A DNA stretch of 40,913 nucleotides, taken from positions 1-40,913 of the forward strand of contig CAIYYO010000245.1 of assembly GCA_903930485.1 (NCBI GenBank). Reading direction: 5' to 3'. This document shows positions 1-8,179 of the stretch, in pieces; the stretch's first letter is position 1; the number at the start of each line of letters is the position of its first letter. The notes beneath the pieces were generated by a model. That model was not told the DNA's origin and did not search any database. It saw only the letters and a list, made by a program, of their open reading frames with translations. This DNA comes from Methanobacteriota archaeon. GTDB lineage: Archaea; Altiarchaeota; Altiarchaeia; IMC4; QMZM01. The position numbers and the translations under genes are program-made.

Positions 1-806
1 ATGCATCCTCCTCCGGATTCGGGCGAAAGCAATACGTAGAACACGTTATTGGTCTGGATGGCCTTCACCGGGAAATACCCGGACTTTGTCGGGAACTTGG
101 CCTTTACTACTGCGCCTTCCCAATCCAGCACGACTGCGTTCGAGCCGTAGGCGACGAAGAAGCGGTTCGGGCCTACTGCGAGAGCGACCGGGTCCTTCTG
201 GCCGCTGTCTATCTGGAATGCGTCTTTGTGGAGCGTCCCGTCCATGTTGAAAATGACGCCGTAAAAGTCCCCAATATGGTAAGTACCGTATTCGAATACG
301 CATTCCCCGACTAGGAGGAACCGCCCGCCTCCGCTTTTCGGATACCAGAGAGTGGAGGTCGTGCTCGTCGAGGTCGTAGTAGTCGTGACGGTCGTGACGG
401 TTACGAAAGTCCAGGTCGTGGTCGAGGTAGAGGTCGTAGTCGTGGGAGGCGCGGTCCTGATGCAGTCGCATTTGAATTCCTTCATGTCCGAGCCGTGGAC
501 GATATAATTCACGGTCGGGCAGGCGATTATGACTATTATAAAGGCGATGAAGCCCTGTATAACCATCTTCTTGGCCGCGCCTTTGCGCTCTGAGTCTTCG
601 CTGGTCGAATATTTCAGGCCGGAGACGACGACGAGCAGGGCGAGGATGGCCGTGGCAAGAGCCCACAAAACGCACAGGACGAGCCTTACGGCGTCTTGCA
701 TGCGCCAGCCGATGAAGCTAAGAGGCGACGACGAGTTGCCTTGGCCGTAGGCTGCGGCGGCGAGGATGCAGACTATCACGAGAAGATGGATCGATCGGTT
801 TTCCAT
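1..806 (-). CDS. Secreted/membrane-anchored protein: VirB2/TrbC-type pilin-like helical hairpin + Thr-rich linker + beta-rich ectodomain (paralog of 850..2322; C-terminus runs off the window)
   Basis: Absent from the ORF track because it is open to base 1. My reverse-strand translation from the ATG at 806 reads MENRSIHLLVIVCILAAAAYGQGNSSSPLSFIGWRMQDAVRLVLCVLWALATAILALLVVVSGLKYSTSEDSERKGAAKKMVIQGFIAFIIVIIACPTVNYIVHGSDMKEFKCDCIRTAPPTTTTSTS...GGRFLLVGECVFEYGTYHIGDFYGVIFNMDGT..., with no stop down to base 3. It is colinear with, and about 75-80% identical by eye to, the N-terminal ~270 aa of the neighbouring gene. Confidence 0.8.
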   Translation of the reverse strand, partial: MENRSIHLLVIVCILAAAAYGQGNSSSPLSFIGWRMQDAVRLVLCVLWALATAILALLVVVSGLKYSTSEDSERKGAAKKMVIQGFIAFIIVIIACPTVNYIVHGSDMKEFKCDCIRTAPPTTTTSTSTTTWTFVTVTTVTTTTTSTSTTSTLWYPKSGGGRFLLVGECVFEYGTYHIGDFYGVIFNMDGTLHKDAFQIDSGQKDPVALAVGPNRFFVAYGSNAVVLDWEGAVVKAKFPTKSGYFPVKAIQTNNVFYVLLSPESGGGC

Positions 807-825
807 TCCGTTTATATTATTATGT

Positions 826-845
826 CCGCGCCTTATATAGAAATC
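826..845 (-). promoter_or_regulatory. TATA-box promoter of the 1..806 gene (near-leaderless)
   Basis: The minus strand reads tttcTATATAAggcgcggacataataatataaacggaATG. The TATA element ends about 26 nt before the ATG. The block is almost identical to 2346..2360, upstream of the paralog. Confidence 0.55.
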
Positions 846-849
846 CCAT

Positions 850-2322
850 TTACCAGTCGTACGCCGCCCATCCAGGAGATTCCGCCATGACCAGAGGCAG
901 GGTGTCGACTACGTGGTTTCCGTTGAAATCCAGGAACGATGCGCCTATCCCGTCGTCGGTAGTATGTATGGCCACGATCCCTACGAACATGTGGTTGCCG
1001 TAGGCGAGGCTCGTCGGCACGTCGCCGTGTCCGCCGAAGGTTCCGGGGCCGACGACGTTCCCGTCCTCGTCGAGGTATTCCGCTACGTTGTTGTAGGCTT
1101 CCATGAATTTCCCGTCGCCGTAGACCATGTCGTGGACGCACACTATATCGGCCGATGTTGTTTTAGATGTCTGGTAAACGCCGTTGAGATCGTAGATGAA
1201 AACTTTGTCGAGGAAGGCTACTATGAAGTATTTTTGCCCCGCCTCCACTTCTGCGTTGATAAACCCGCATTCCGGTGAGCTTATCGTCGTTACCTCGAAC
1301 TTGCCCTTCACCTGATTCCCGGAGAGGTCATAGATGATCCCGTATATCACGCTGTTCGTGTGGTCCGTCCATGTTATGAACAATTTGCCGTTCCCGAGAG
1401 CCATGTCGCCTTCGGCGAAATAGTCCCCGCCGAACCCCAGGGCAGAGGTTCCTATCTTGTCGATGGCCACAGAATAAGTGTTCTGGAGGTCCCCGTCGAG
1501 GCCGTAGACTTGTATGACGCATCCGGTGCCCGTTTTCGGCGAAAGGAGGACATAGTATTTGCTGTTGGCCTGTATGGCTTTTATCGGGATGTATCCTGCC
1601 TTTGTCGTGTACTTTGCCTTGATAGTGTTGCCTTCCCAGTCCAGTATCACGGCATTCGAGCTGTATCCTACGAAGAACCTGTTAGGGCCTACTGCGAGAG
1701 CGACCGGGTCTTGTACGCCGCTGTCTATGAAGAAGGCGTTCTTGTGGATGGTTCCGTCCATGTTGAATATGACTCCGTACATATCCCCTTCATGATAGCT
1801 CCCCCAGTCGAATATGTCGATGCCTACTAGGAGGAACCTTCCGCCGCCGCTCTTGGGGTACATCGTCGTCGTGGTAGTAAAGGTCGTGGACGTCGTGGAA
1901 GTTACCGTCGTGACGGTAGCAAATGTCCAGGTCGTAGTCGTCGTCGAAGTCGTGGTCGTGGGCGGAACGACCCTGATGCAATCGCATTTGAACTCCTTCA
2001 CGTCCGAGCCGTGGACGATGTAATTTACGGTCGGGCAGGCGACGACGACTATTATGAAGGCGACGAAGCCCTGTATCACCATCTTCCTGGCTTTGTCTTT
2101 CTGTTCCGAGTCCCCGCTCGTCATGTATTTAAGCCCGGAGACGACGACGAGGATGGCAAGGACAGCCGTTGTAAGCGCCCACAGCGCGCACAAAACGAGC
2201 CTTGCGGCGTCTTCCAGACGCCAGCCGATGAAATGAAGCGGCGACGACGAGTCCCCCTGCGCATAGGCCGCGGCGGCGAGGATGCAGACCACAGTGAGAA
2301 GTTGGATCGTTTTGTTTTCCAT
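850..2322 (-). CDS. Secreted/membrane-anchored protein: signal peptide + VirB2/TrbC-type pilin-like hairpin + Thr-rich stalk + ~370-aa beta-rich (propeller-like) ectodomain
   Basis: ORF 850..2373. The likely start is MENKTIQLL at 2322, because the conserved TATA box lies inside the longer ORF. Signal peptide ...AAAAYA/QG. Hairpin LVLCALWALTTAVLAILVVVSGLKYMTSGDSEQKDKARKMVIQGFVAFIIVVVACPTVNYIV, followed by EFKCDC. Thr/Ser run PPTTTTSTTTTTWTFATVTTVTSTTSTTFTTTTT. The rest is repetitive and beta-strand-like. Confidence 0.85.
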   Translation of the reverse strand: MENKTIQLLTVVCILAAAAYAQGDSSSPLHFIGWRLEDAARLVLCALWALTTAVLAILVVVSGLKYMTSGDSEQKDKARKMVIQGFVAFIIVVVACPTVNYIVHGSDVKEFKCDCIRVVPPTTTTSTTTTTWTFATVTTVTSTTSTTFTTTTTMYPKSGGGRFLLVGIDIFDWGSYHEGDMYGVIFNMDGTIHKNAFFIDSGVQDPVALAVGPNRFFVGYSSNAVILDWEGNTIKAKYTTKAGYIPIKAIQANSKYYVLLSPKTGTGCVIQVYGLDGDLQNTYSVAIDKIGTSALGFGGDYFAEGDMALGNGKLFITWTDHTNSVIYGIIYDLSGNQVKGKFEVTTISSPECGFINAEVEAGQKYFIVAFLDKVFIYDLNGVYQTSKTTSADIVCVHDMVYGDGKFMEAYNNVAEYLDEDGNVVGPGTFGGHGDVPTSLAYGNHMFVGIVAIHTTDDGIGASFLDFNGNHVVDTLPLVMAESPGWAAYDW

Positions 2323-2345
2323 TCCGTTTATATTATTATGTCTGC

Positions 2346-2360
2346 GGCTTATATAGAAAG
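2346..2360 (-). promoter_or_regulatory. TATA-box promoter of the 850..2322 gene
   Basis: The minus strand reads ctttcTATATAAgccgcagacataataatataaacggaATG, the same spacing and sequence as 826..845. Confidence 0.55.
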
Positions 2361-2429
2361 GGCCGGTTATCATTCGTCCAACGATGTTTATGTTATTTCT
2401 TCAGCTAATACAATAAACTTTAGATTAAA

Positions 2430-3839
2430 ATGATCGTGATGAAGTTCGGCGGGACCTCTGTCGGGTCTGCAAGAGAGATCTTGAGGGTGACTGAGCTTGT
2501 TTCCAAGGAGAAGCGCAAAAAGGTCGTAGTGGTTTCGGCGATGGGCGGCGTTACCGACAAGCTGGACAAGATGGCGCGCAAAGTCGTGAACCTGCCTACC
2601 GAGGTCGTAGAGTCCGAGGTCGAGAAATTCCATAAAGAGATACTAGACCAGCACGTTTCGGCAATCAAGGAGGCCGTGAAGGACGGCAAAGTGCAGGAGG
2701 AGGTCTTGAAGGAAGTCTCTACTCTCGCAAACAGCCTGAGATATGCTTTGATGGGCATCGGGTATCTCGAAGACCTTTCGCCGAGATCGCTTGACTACAT
2801 CTGGTCTTTCGGCGAGCGTATGTCCGCCCCCATAGTGGCCGGCGCGCTGCGTTCTAAAGGAGTGGATGCGAAGCACATGACCGGCTACGAAGCCGGCCTT
2901 GTGACCAATTCATGCTTCGGTCAGGCTAGGCCTCTCTTCAAGAAGCTCGACAAGACGATAAAGGAGGCCTTGAATCCAGTGGTCGCGAAAGGAATCGTTC
3001 CGGTAGTCACCGGTTTCATAGCCGCGGACGAGGAGGCAAAGATGACGACGCTCGGCAGGGGCGGTTCGGATTATACAGCTTCCATAATCGGGCGGTACCT
3101 GAACGTCGAAGAGGTGCAGATATGGACCGACGTCGACGGAATACTGACGACGGACCCGAGGATCGTCCCAAACGCGAAACAGATCTACACCATCTCCTAC
3201 GTCGAAGCCATGGACCTCGCATACTTCGGAGCCAAGGTCATACATTCCAAGATGATCGAGCCGGCCATGGACGCCGACATACCTGTGCGCATCAAGAACA
3301 CGTTCAATCCGGACAACGTGGGAACCCTTGTCGTGAAGGAGAGCGAGCAGGTTGAGGGCGTGGTGAAAGCGATTTCGATAGCTAAGAACGTCGCCATCAT
3401 AAACCTGAAGGGCGTCGGGCTTGCCGACACGCCGAACATCGCTGCGACGGTTTTTAACCTGCTCGGCGAGAGCGGCATAAACATAATCATGATATCGGCC
3501 GCGTCCGAGGCCAACCTTTCTTTTGTCGTCAAGCGCTCGGACGTCCAGGCGGCAGTGAACGTCCTGAACACGGAATTTTTCGCAGGATGCATTAGGACGC
3601 TTGAGGTCATAGAAGACGCGTGCATAATCGCCGTCGTAGGCGCGGGAATGCGCGGAACGCACGGCATAGCCGCGAAGATCTTCCAGACCGCCGCGGACGT
3701 GAACGCGAACATCATAATGATCGCCCAGGGGTCTTCGGAGGTCAACATATCCTTCATGGTGAAGGAGAACGAAGGGGACTCGGTGCTTAAGGCGCTGCAC
3801 AGGAATTTCATAGAGTGCGCCAAAGGCGCCGGAAAGTAG
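2430..3839 (+). CDS. lysC: Aspartate kinase (aspartokinase) with C-terminal ACT domains
   Basis: 469 aa. N-terminal MKFGGTSVGS kinase motif, GRGGSDYTAS, WTDVDGILTTDPRIV, and tandem ACT-like regions (IINLKGVG..., IAVVGAGMRGTHGIAAKIF). Confidence 0.92.
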   Translation: MIVMKFGGTSVGSAREILRVTELVSKEKRKKVVVVSAMGGVTDKLDKMARKVVNLPTEVVESEVEKFHKEILDQHVSAIKEAVKDGKVQEEVLKEVSTLANSLRYALMGIGYLEDLSPRSLDYIWSFGERMSAPIVAGALRSKGVDAKHMTGYEAGLVTNSCFGQARPLFKKLDKTIKEALNPVVAKGIVPVVTGFIAADEEAKMTTLGRGGSDYTASIIGRYLNVEEVQIWTDVDGILTTDPRIVPNAKQIYTISYVEAMDLAYFGAKVIHSKMIEPAMDADIPVRIKNTFNPDNVGTLVVKESEQVEGVVKAISIAKNVAIINLKGVGLADTPNIAATVFNLLGESGINIIMISAASEANLSFVVKRSDVQAAVNVLNTEFFAGCIRTLEVIEDACIIAVVGAGMRGTHGIAAKIFQTAADVNANIIMIAQGSSEVNISFMVKENEGDSVLKALHRNFIECAKGAGK

Positions 3840-3846
3840 TTTTTTC

Positions 3847-4758
3847 ATGAAAGACTTGCTAGTCGAACGGGTCTCGTCTGCTCTCAGGGATGCAGGATTC
3901 CAGTTGTCGGATTGCTGCAGCGTCCGGAGCTGCTTCGACATACTGGCAAGGCGCGGCGACTCGATGCTCCTGATAAAGATACTCCAGAACATCGAAGGGC
4001 TCACCCCCCGTTCCGCTTCGGAACTGCGCAGCGTCGCAAGTGCCATGTCCGGAACTCCCATCGTCGTGGGAGACCATATGAAGAACGCCGGCTTATCTTC
4101 TGATGTTGTATATACGAGATACGGCTTACACGTCGTCAACATCGAGGCGTTCGGAATGATACTTTCCAAGAGGACGCCCCTGATCTATTCCATAAGGGGC
4201 AACTACTGCGTGAGGATAAATCCTGAACTGCTTTCGCAGATAAGGAAAAAGGCCGATCTGACGCAGAAAGAGCTTGCCGTAGAGCTCGGCGTATCCAAGC
4301 AGAGCATCCACCGCTACGAGTCTTCGGGAAGGATATCCCTCGAGATAGCGGAGAAGCTGAGGAAGCTCCTGCGCGAAGATATTATGTTGCCGGGCGAGGT
4401 CTTGTCCGGCGAGTTAAACAGCCTCGAGGAGCGCATAACGACTACGATGACGGATCTAGAGCGCATGGTCTTCGATGAATTCCGCAAGATGGGATTCGAC
4501 GCATCGGTGACCAATGCGCCTTTCGACATAGTCGCCGAGGAGCCGAGAAAGAAGGAGAGGGTCTTGTCGGTAGTCGGCGACGACCGCAAGGGCCTTAAGA
4601 AGAAGATCGAGATAATCCGGGACATTTCGGACATGACCGGCTACCGGATGGTCTGCATAAGCAACAGGGCGAACGGTCTCGACGTCGTCGTGATAAAACC
4701 GAAGGAGCTCAAGGATATCAGCGAAGCCGACGAGTTCCTGAGGCTGCTTGAGATATAA
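3847..4758 (+). CDS. Archaeal HTH (XRE-type) transcriptional regulator, COG1395-like
   Basis: 303 aa. The central helix-turn-helix LTQKELAVELGVSKQSIHRYESSGR is flanked by domains typical of the conserved archaeal COG1395 family. Confidence 0.7.
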   Translation: MKDLLVERVSSALRDAGFQLSDCCSVRSCFDILARRGDSMLLIKILQNIEGLTPRSASELRSVASAMSGTPIVVGDHMKNAGLSSDVVYTRYGLHVVNIEAFGMILSKRTPLIYSIRGNYCVRINPELLSQIRKKADLTQKELAVELGVSKQSIHRYESSGRISLEIAEKLRKLLREDIMLPGEVLSGELNSLEERITTTMTDLERMVFDEFRKMGFDASVTNAPFDIVAEEPRKKERVLSVVGDDRKGLKKKIEIIRDISDMTGYRMVCISNRANGLDVVVIKPKELKDISEADEFLRLLEI

Positions 4759-4780
4759 ATAAAGGAATCTAATTTTTTTC

Positions 4781-5815
4781 ATGGTCAACAAATACTTGAT
4801 AGGGGTCTTCCTCATTCTTCTGGCCCTCTCTACTGTCTACTATCTGGGTAATTCCATGATGCCCTCCAAAAACGAGGTCGTAGTATACGTGTCCGCAGAC
4901 CAGGATTATTCCGAGCCCGTGCTCAAGGACTTCGAAAAACAGACCGGGATAAAGGTGAAGGCGGTTTACGATACAGAAGCCTCGAAGACCGTCGGCCTCG
5001 TCAACAGGCTGATAGCAGAAAAAGACAGGCCTCAGGCCGACGTTTTCTGGAACAACGAGCTCATAAGGACGATCCTGCTGAAAGAGAAGGGAGTCCTTGC
5101 CCCATACAATTCTCCCGGGGCTGCAGGCAAGCCCGTCGAATACAAGGACCCGGAAGGATATTGGACGGGTTTTTCAGCAAGGACTCGGGTCATAATCTAC
5201 AATACCGGATACATAAGCCCTGCCGATGCGCCTGAATCCTTGAGCGACCTGAAAAATCCTAAATGGAACGGAAAGGTCGGCATCGCGAATCCCGCCCTCG
5301 GGACGACCGGCGACCAGGTGGCGGCCCTTTTTTCGCTATGGGGCGACGATGCGGCGAAGGGTTATTTCAATCAGCTGAAAGACAACGGCGTCAAAGTGGT
5401 CGACAGCAACGGCATGGTCAAAAGCCAGGTGGCTGCAGGGGATCTCTGGCTGGGACTTGCGGATACCGACGACGCATACGGCGCGATCCAGAGCGGCAAG
5501 CCCGTTGCCATGGTATTCCCTGACCAGAAAGAAGGCGAGATAGGTACCCTGATGCTTCCCCACAGCGTGATGCTCATCAAGGGCGCGCCGCACGAAGGCA
5601 ACGGAAAAAAGCTGATAGACTACCTACTAAGCGACCAGGTCGAGCAGATGTATGCGAATTCCGGGATCAAGACGATACCGCTTGGAAACGGCGTGCAGCG
5701 CCCTGATAACGTGCCTTCCTTGGATTCGATCAAGACGATGAACGTGACCCAGTACGAGGTGTATTCGAGCCTGAACCGTTCCCAGGATTTTATTACCCGA
5801 CTCCTAATAAATTAA
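4781..5815 (+). CDS. ABC transporter substrate-binding protein, iron(III)/FbpA-AfuA-like family
   Basis: 344 aa. N-terminal membrane anchor, then VVVYVSADQDYSEPVLKDFEKQTGIKVKAVYD...ADVFWNNE, typical of family-1 solute-binding proteins of Fe3+-type importers. First gene of a three-gene ABC operon. Confidence 0.75.
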   Translation: MVNKYLIGVFLILLALSTVYYLGNSMMPSKNEVVVYVSADQDYSEPVLKDFEKQTGIKVKAVYDTEASKTVGLVNRLIAEKDRPQADVFWNNELIRTILLKEKGVLAPYNSPGAAGKPVEYKDPEGYWTGFSARTRVIIYNTGYISPADAPESLSDLKNPKWNGKVGIANPALGTTGDQVAALFSLWGDDAAKGYFNQLKDNGVKVVDSNGMVKSQVAAGDLWLGLADTDDAYGAIQSGKPVAMVFPDQKEGEIGTLMLPHSVMLIKGAPHEGNGKKLIDYLLSDQVEQMYANSGIKTIPLGNGVQRPDNVPSLDSIKTMNVTQYEVYSSLNRSQDFITRLLIN

Positions 5816-5817
5816 AG

Positions 5818-7512
5818 ATGTCCTCCAGGTCCTGGCTGAAAATAATCGCGATAACTTCTTTTCTCATCCTCTCGGTCCTGCCGGTCGCGTATATGTACGT
5901 CTCGAGCTTCAATCTTTCAAGATATACCTGGATCTTCGAGGACGTACGGCAGCAGCACATGTTCGAGACTACCATGATCCTTGGATTAGGCACCGCGCTC
6001 CTGTGCATCCTGCTCGGGGTCAGCATAGCGGTCCTGCTCGAATACACTGACATCCCGTTCAAGTCCTGTCTCTCGGTCCTTGTGATAGTCTCCTTGCTGA
6101 TACCTCCTTACATCATGGGCATATCCTTTCTGTCGTTCATAGGCAAGAACTGGGTGACCTCGGAAATCAAGGAACCCAATCCTGAAGTAGCCTCGATGGT
6201 TCGGAGAGACCGGGGCATCACGAACTCGGCCATGAATGCCGCAGCCCTGCAAAACACTTTACTGAACAAGACCGCCGTCACAATGCCCCCCGTCCAGCAA
6301 AAACCGTGGTACATCCCCTACAACATAGACCCCTACAACGTGCAATGGGCTATAGTCATCCTCTCCCTGGCCCTTTTCCCGATAGTGTTCCTGCTGACGT
6401 CTTTCGCGCTAAGGAACATCGACGAAAGGATGATCGACGCAGCACTTCTCCTCCGCAAGCCGTTGGGAGCGATCTGGAGGGTGAGCCTTCCGATGGTTCT
6501 TCCCCAGATACTCGTAGGCGGCCTGATCGTCTACATTTTCGCGATATCCGAGCTCGGGGTCCCGTCGGTCATGCGCGTCGATACGACGACGATGGAGGTC
6601 TTCAACCACTTTACAGGGTTCTTCGACATAAGCCAGGCCCTTGCGCTGACCGTGCCTTTGGCGTTCTCGATAGCGGTCCTGATACTTGCCGCCCAGCTCA
6701 TCATAGGAAAAAAGCCTTTTTTCACGGTTCCGTCGGCGGCAGAGGGCCGCGTCATCCTGAAGCTGGGCAAGGCGCAGAAGGCGCTCGGACTCGGATACAT
6801 ATTCGCCGTGATAGCCGTTTCGTCCGCGATGCCCCTCGGCATCCTTTTATACAACTCCGGCCTCGCAGTCCTCCCGGCCCTGGAAAAAGCAGGAGACTCC
6901 ATTCTAAACAGCCTTTTCCTGTCGATATTCTGCTCGACGCTGATACTAGTGCCTTCATTCTTCATCGCCTACTTCTACAAGGGAGTGAAGTGGATGGACT
7001 ACTTGATACTCGCGCCATTGATAGCCCCGAGCGCGGCCCTCGGCATAGGCATGATAGGGGTCTGGAACAACGGTTACACGGCATTTGTTTACGGAAGTTT
7101 CCTCGTGCTGGCGTTCGGCTACCTTGCAAGGTTCCTCCCGTTCACGATAAAGACCCTTGAGCCGTTCATGGCGCAGGTGCCGGCTTCGGTCGAGGAATCC
7201 GGAAGGCTCGCCGGCGCCTCGTTCACGAAGACCGTGAGCGGCATACTCGCGCCTCTCCTGAAGCCCGGTCTTCTCACAGCGTGGCTGATAGCTTTCATAC
7301 TATGCATGAGGGAGCTGGACCTTTCGGTCATGCTGACGCCGCCCGGATTCCAAACCCTTCCGAACAGGATATTCACACTCTACCACTACGGAGACATCAG
7401 GACCTCGTCGGTGCTGTCGCTCTTTCTGGTAGCCATCGTCGTGGTCCCCTACATCGCAATCGTATTCATGAGCAACGCGTCAAAATGGCATACATCGAAC
7501 TCAAAGAAGTGA
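5818..7512 (+). CDS. ABC transporter permease with two fused transmembrane domains, FbpB/AfuB-like
   Basis: 564 aa and polytopic. Its size and duplicated permease modules are typical of iron(III)-type importer permeases. It starts 3 nt after the binding-protein stop. Confidence 0.8.
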   Translation: MSSRSWLKIIAITSFLILSVLPVAYMYVSSFNLSRYTWIFEDVRQQHMFETTMILGLGTALLCILLGVSIAVLLEYTDIPFKSCLSVLVIVSLLIPPYIMGISFLSFIGKNWVTSEIKEPNPEVASMVRRDRGITNSAMNAAALQNTLLNKTAVTMPPVQQKPWYIPYNIDPYNVQWAIVILSLALFPIVFLLTSFALRNIDERMIDAALLLRKPLGAIWRVSLPMVLPQILVGGLIVYIFAISELGVPSVMRVDTTTMEVFNHFTGFFDISQALALTVPLAFSIAVLILAAQLIIGKKPFFTVPSAAEGRVILKLGKAQKALGLGYIFAVIAVSSAMPLGILLYNSGLAVLPALEKAGDSILNSLFLSIFCSTLILVPSFFIAYFYKGVKWMDYLILAPLIAPSAALGIGMIGVWNNGYTAFVYGSFLVLAFGYLARFLPFTIKTLEPFMAQVPASVEESGRLAGASFTKTVSGILAPLLKPGLLTAWLIAFILCMRELDLSVMLTPPGFQTLPNRIFTLYHYGDIRTSSVLSLFLVAIVVVPYIAIVFMSNASKWHTSNSKK

Positions 7513-8159
7513 GCAAGGCATTTGCCGGAAAGTCGGTAGTGAAAGACGTATCCCTTGAGATAGAACGCAGCACCGTGACAGGGATAATGGGCCGTTCGGG
7601 AAGCGGAAAAACAACGCTCCTGCGGATGTTATCCGGCCTCGAGACCCCGGATTACGGAGAGATAACCATCGATGGAGTAAAAGTATTCTCCTCAAAGGAA
7701 AAGATAAACGTCGCGCCGGAGAAAAGGAATGTCGGCATGGTCTTCCAGGAATACGCTCTCTGGCCCCACATGAACGCCGGACAACACATAGCGTTCGTTC
7801 TGGAGGCGAAGAAGATCCCCTCAAAAAAGCGCCCGGCCCTGATAAAAAAATACCTCGCCCTTATCCGCATGGAAGGAAGAGAGACGTCCTATCCCGGACA
7901 GCTTTCCGGCGGCGAGAAGCAGAGGCTCGCCCTCGCAAGAGCGCTGGCGCAGGAGCCGCGGATACTCCTTTTGGACGAGCCATTCTCCAGCCTCGACAAA
8001 GAACTAAAGGAAGGATTCCGCGAAGAGATAAAAAGGGTGCGGGAGACGCTGGAGACGACCATACTCTACGTGACACACAACTCCGAAGACCTTGAAGGCC
8101 TCGCGGACAATATGGCCCGGATAGAGAAGGGAAAGATCATAATGCAGGGCCGGTTGTGA
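7485..8159 (+). CDS. ABC transporter ATP-binding protein
   Basis: The start is set at MAYIELKEV (ATG 7485); the ORF-track start at 7281 lies inside the permease. Walker A GRSGSGKTT, signature LSGGEKQR, Walker B ILLLDEP. Confidence 0.9.
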   Translation: MAYIELKEVSKAFAGKSVVKDVSLEIERSTVTGIMGRSGSGKTTLLRMLSGLETPDYGEITIDGVKVFSSKEKINVAPEKRNVGMVFQEYALWPHMNAGQHIAFVLEAKKIPSKKRPALIKKYLALIRMEGRETSYPGQLSGGEKQRLALARALAQEPRILLLDEPFSSLDKELKEGFREEIKRVRETLETTILYVTHNSEDLEGLADNMARIEKGKIIMQGRL

Positions 8160-8179
8160 TGCATCTTCGATGCATTATG

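Noticed and set aside
340-440. Short tandem-repeat-looking DNA (gtcgtg/gtcgta units), also at 1860..1970; considered as a microsatellite or CRISPR-like array
   Set aside because: They are the in-frame Thr/Ser codon runs of the stalk regions. There is no repeat-spacer periodicity, and no CRISPR array exists anywhere in the window.
46-675. 209-aa ORF on the minus strand (Arg/His/Asp-rich: ...RPARRRLRPEIFDQRRLRAQRRGQ...)
   Set aside because: It is an off-frame shadow of the real minus-strand gene 1..806. That gene's frame translates into a clean paralog of the 850..2322 protein, whereas the 209-aa product is low-complexity and unlike any protein.
2910-4169. 419-aa ORF antisense to the aspartate kinase and COG1395 regulator genes
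   Set aside because: The sense-strand products carry unmistakable family motifs. The antisense translation is Arg/Val/His-rich with no motifs. Long antisense ORFs are expected in moderately GC-rich coding DNA.
6306-7160. 284-aa alternative-frame ORF inside the ABC permease gene
   Set aside because: Its Arg/Pro-rich translation is incompatible with a real protein. The permease frame gives regular TM helices.
7281-7484. N-terminal 68-aa extension of the ABC ATPase ORF, and similarly 26907..26981 for the spermidine-synthase-like ORF
   Set aside because: Both extensions lie inside the preceding genes in another frame and have non-protein-like composition. Internal ATGs (7485 and 26982) give canonical N-termini with short translational-coupling overlaps.
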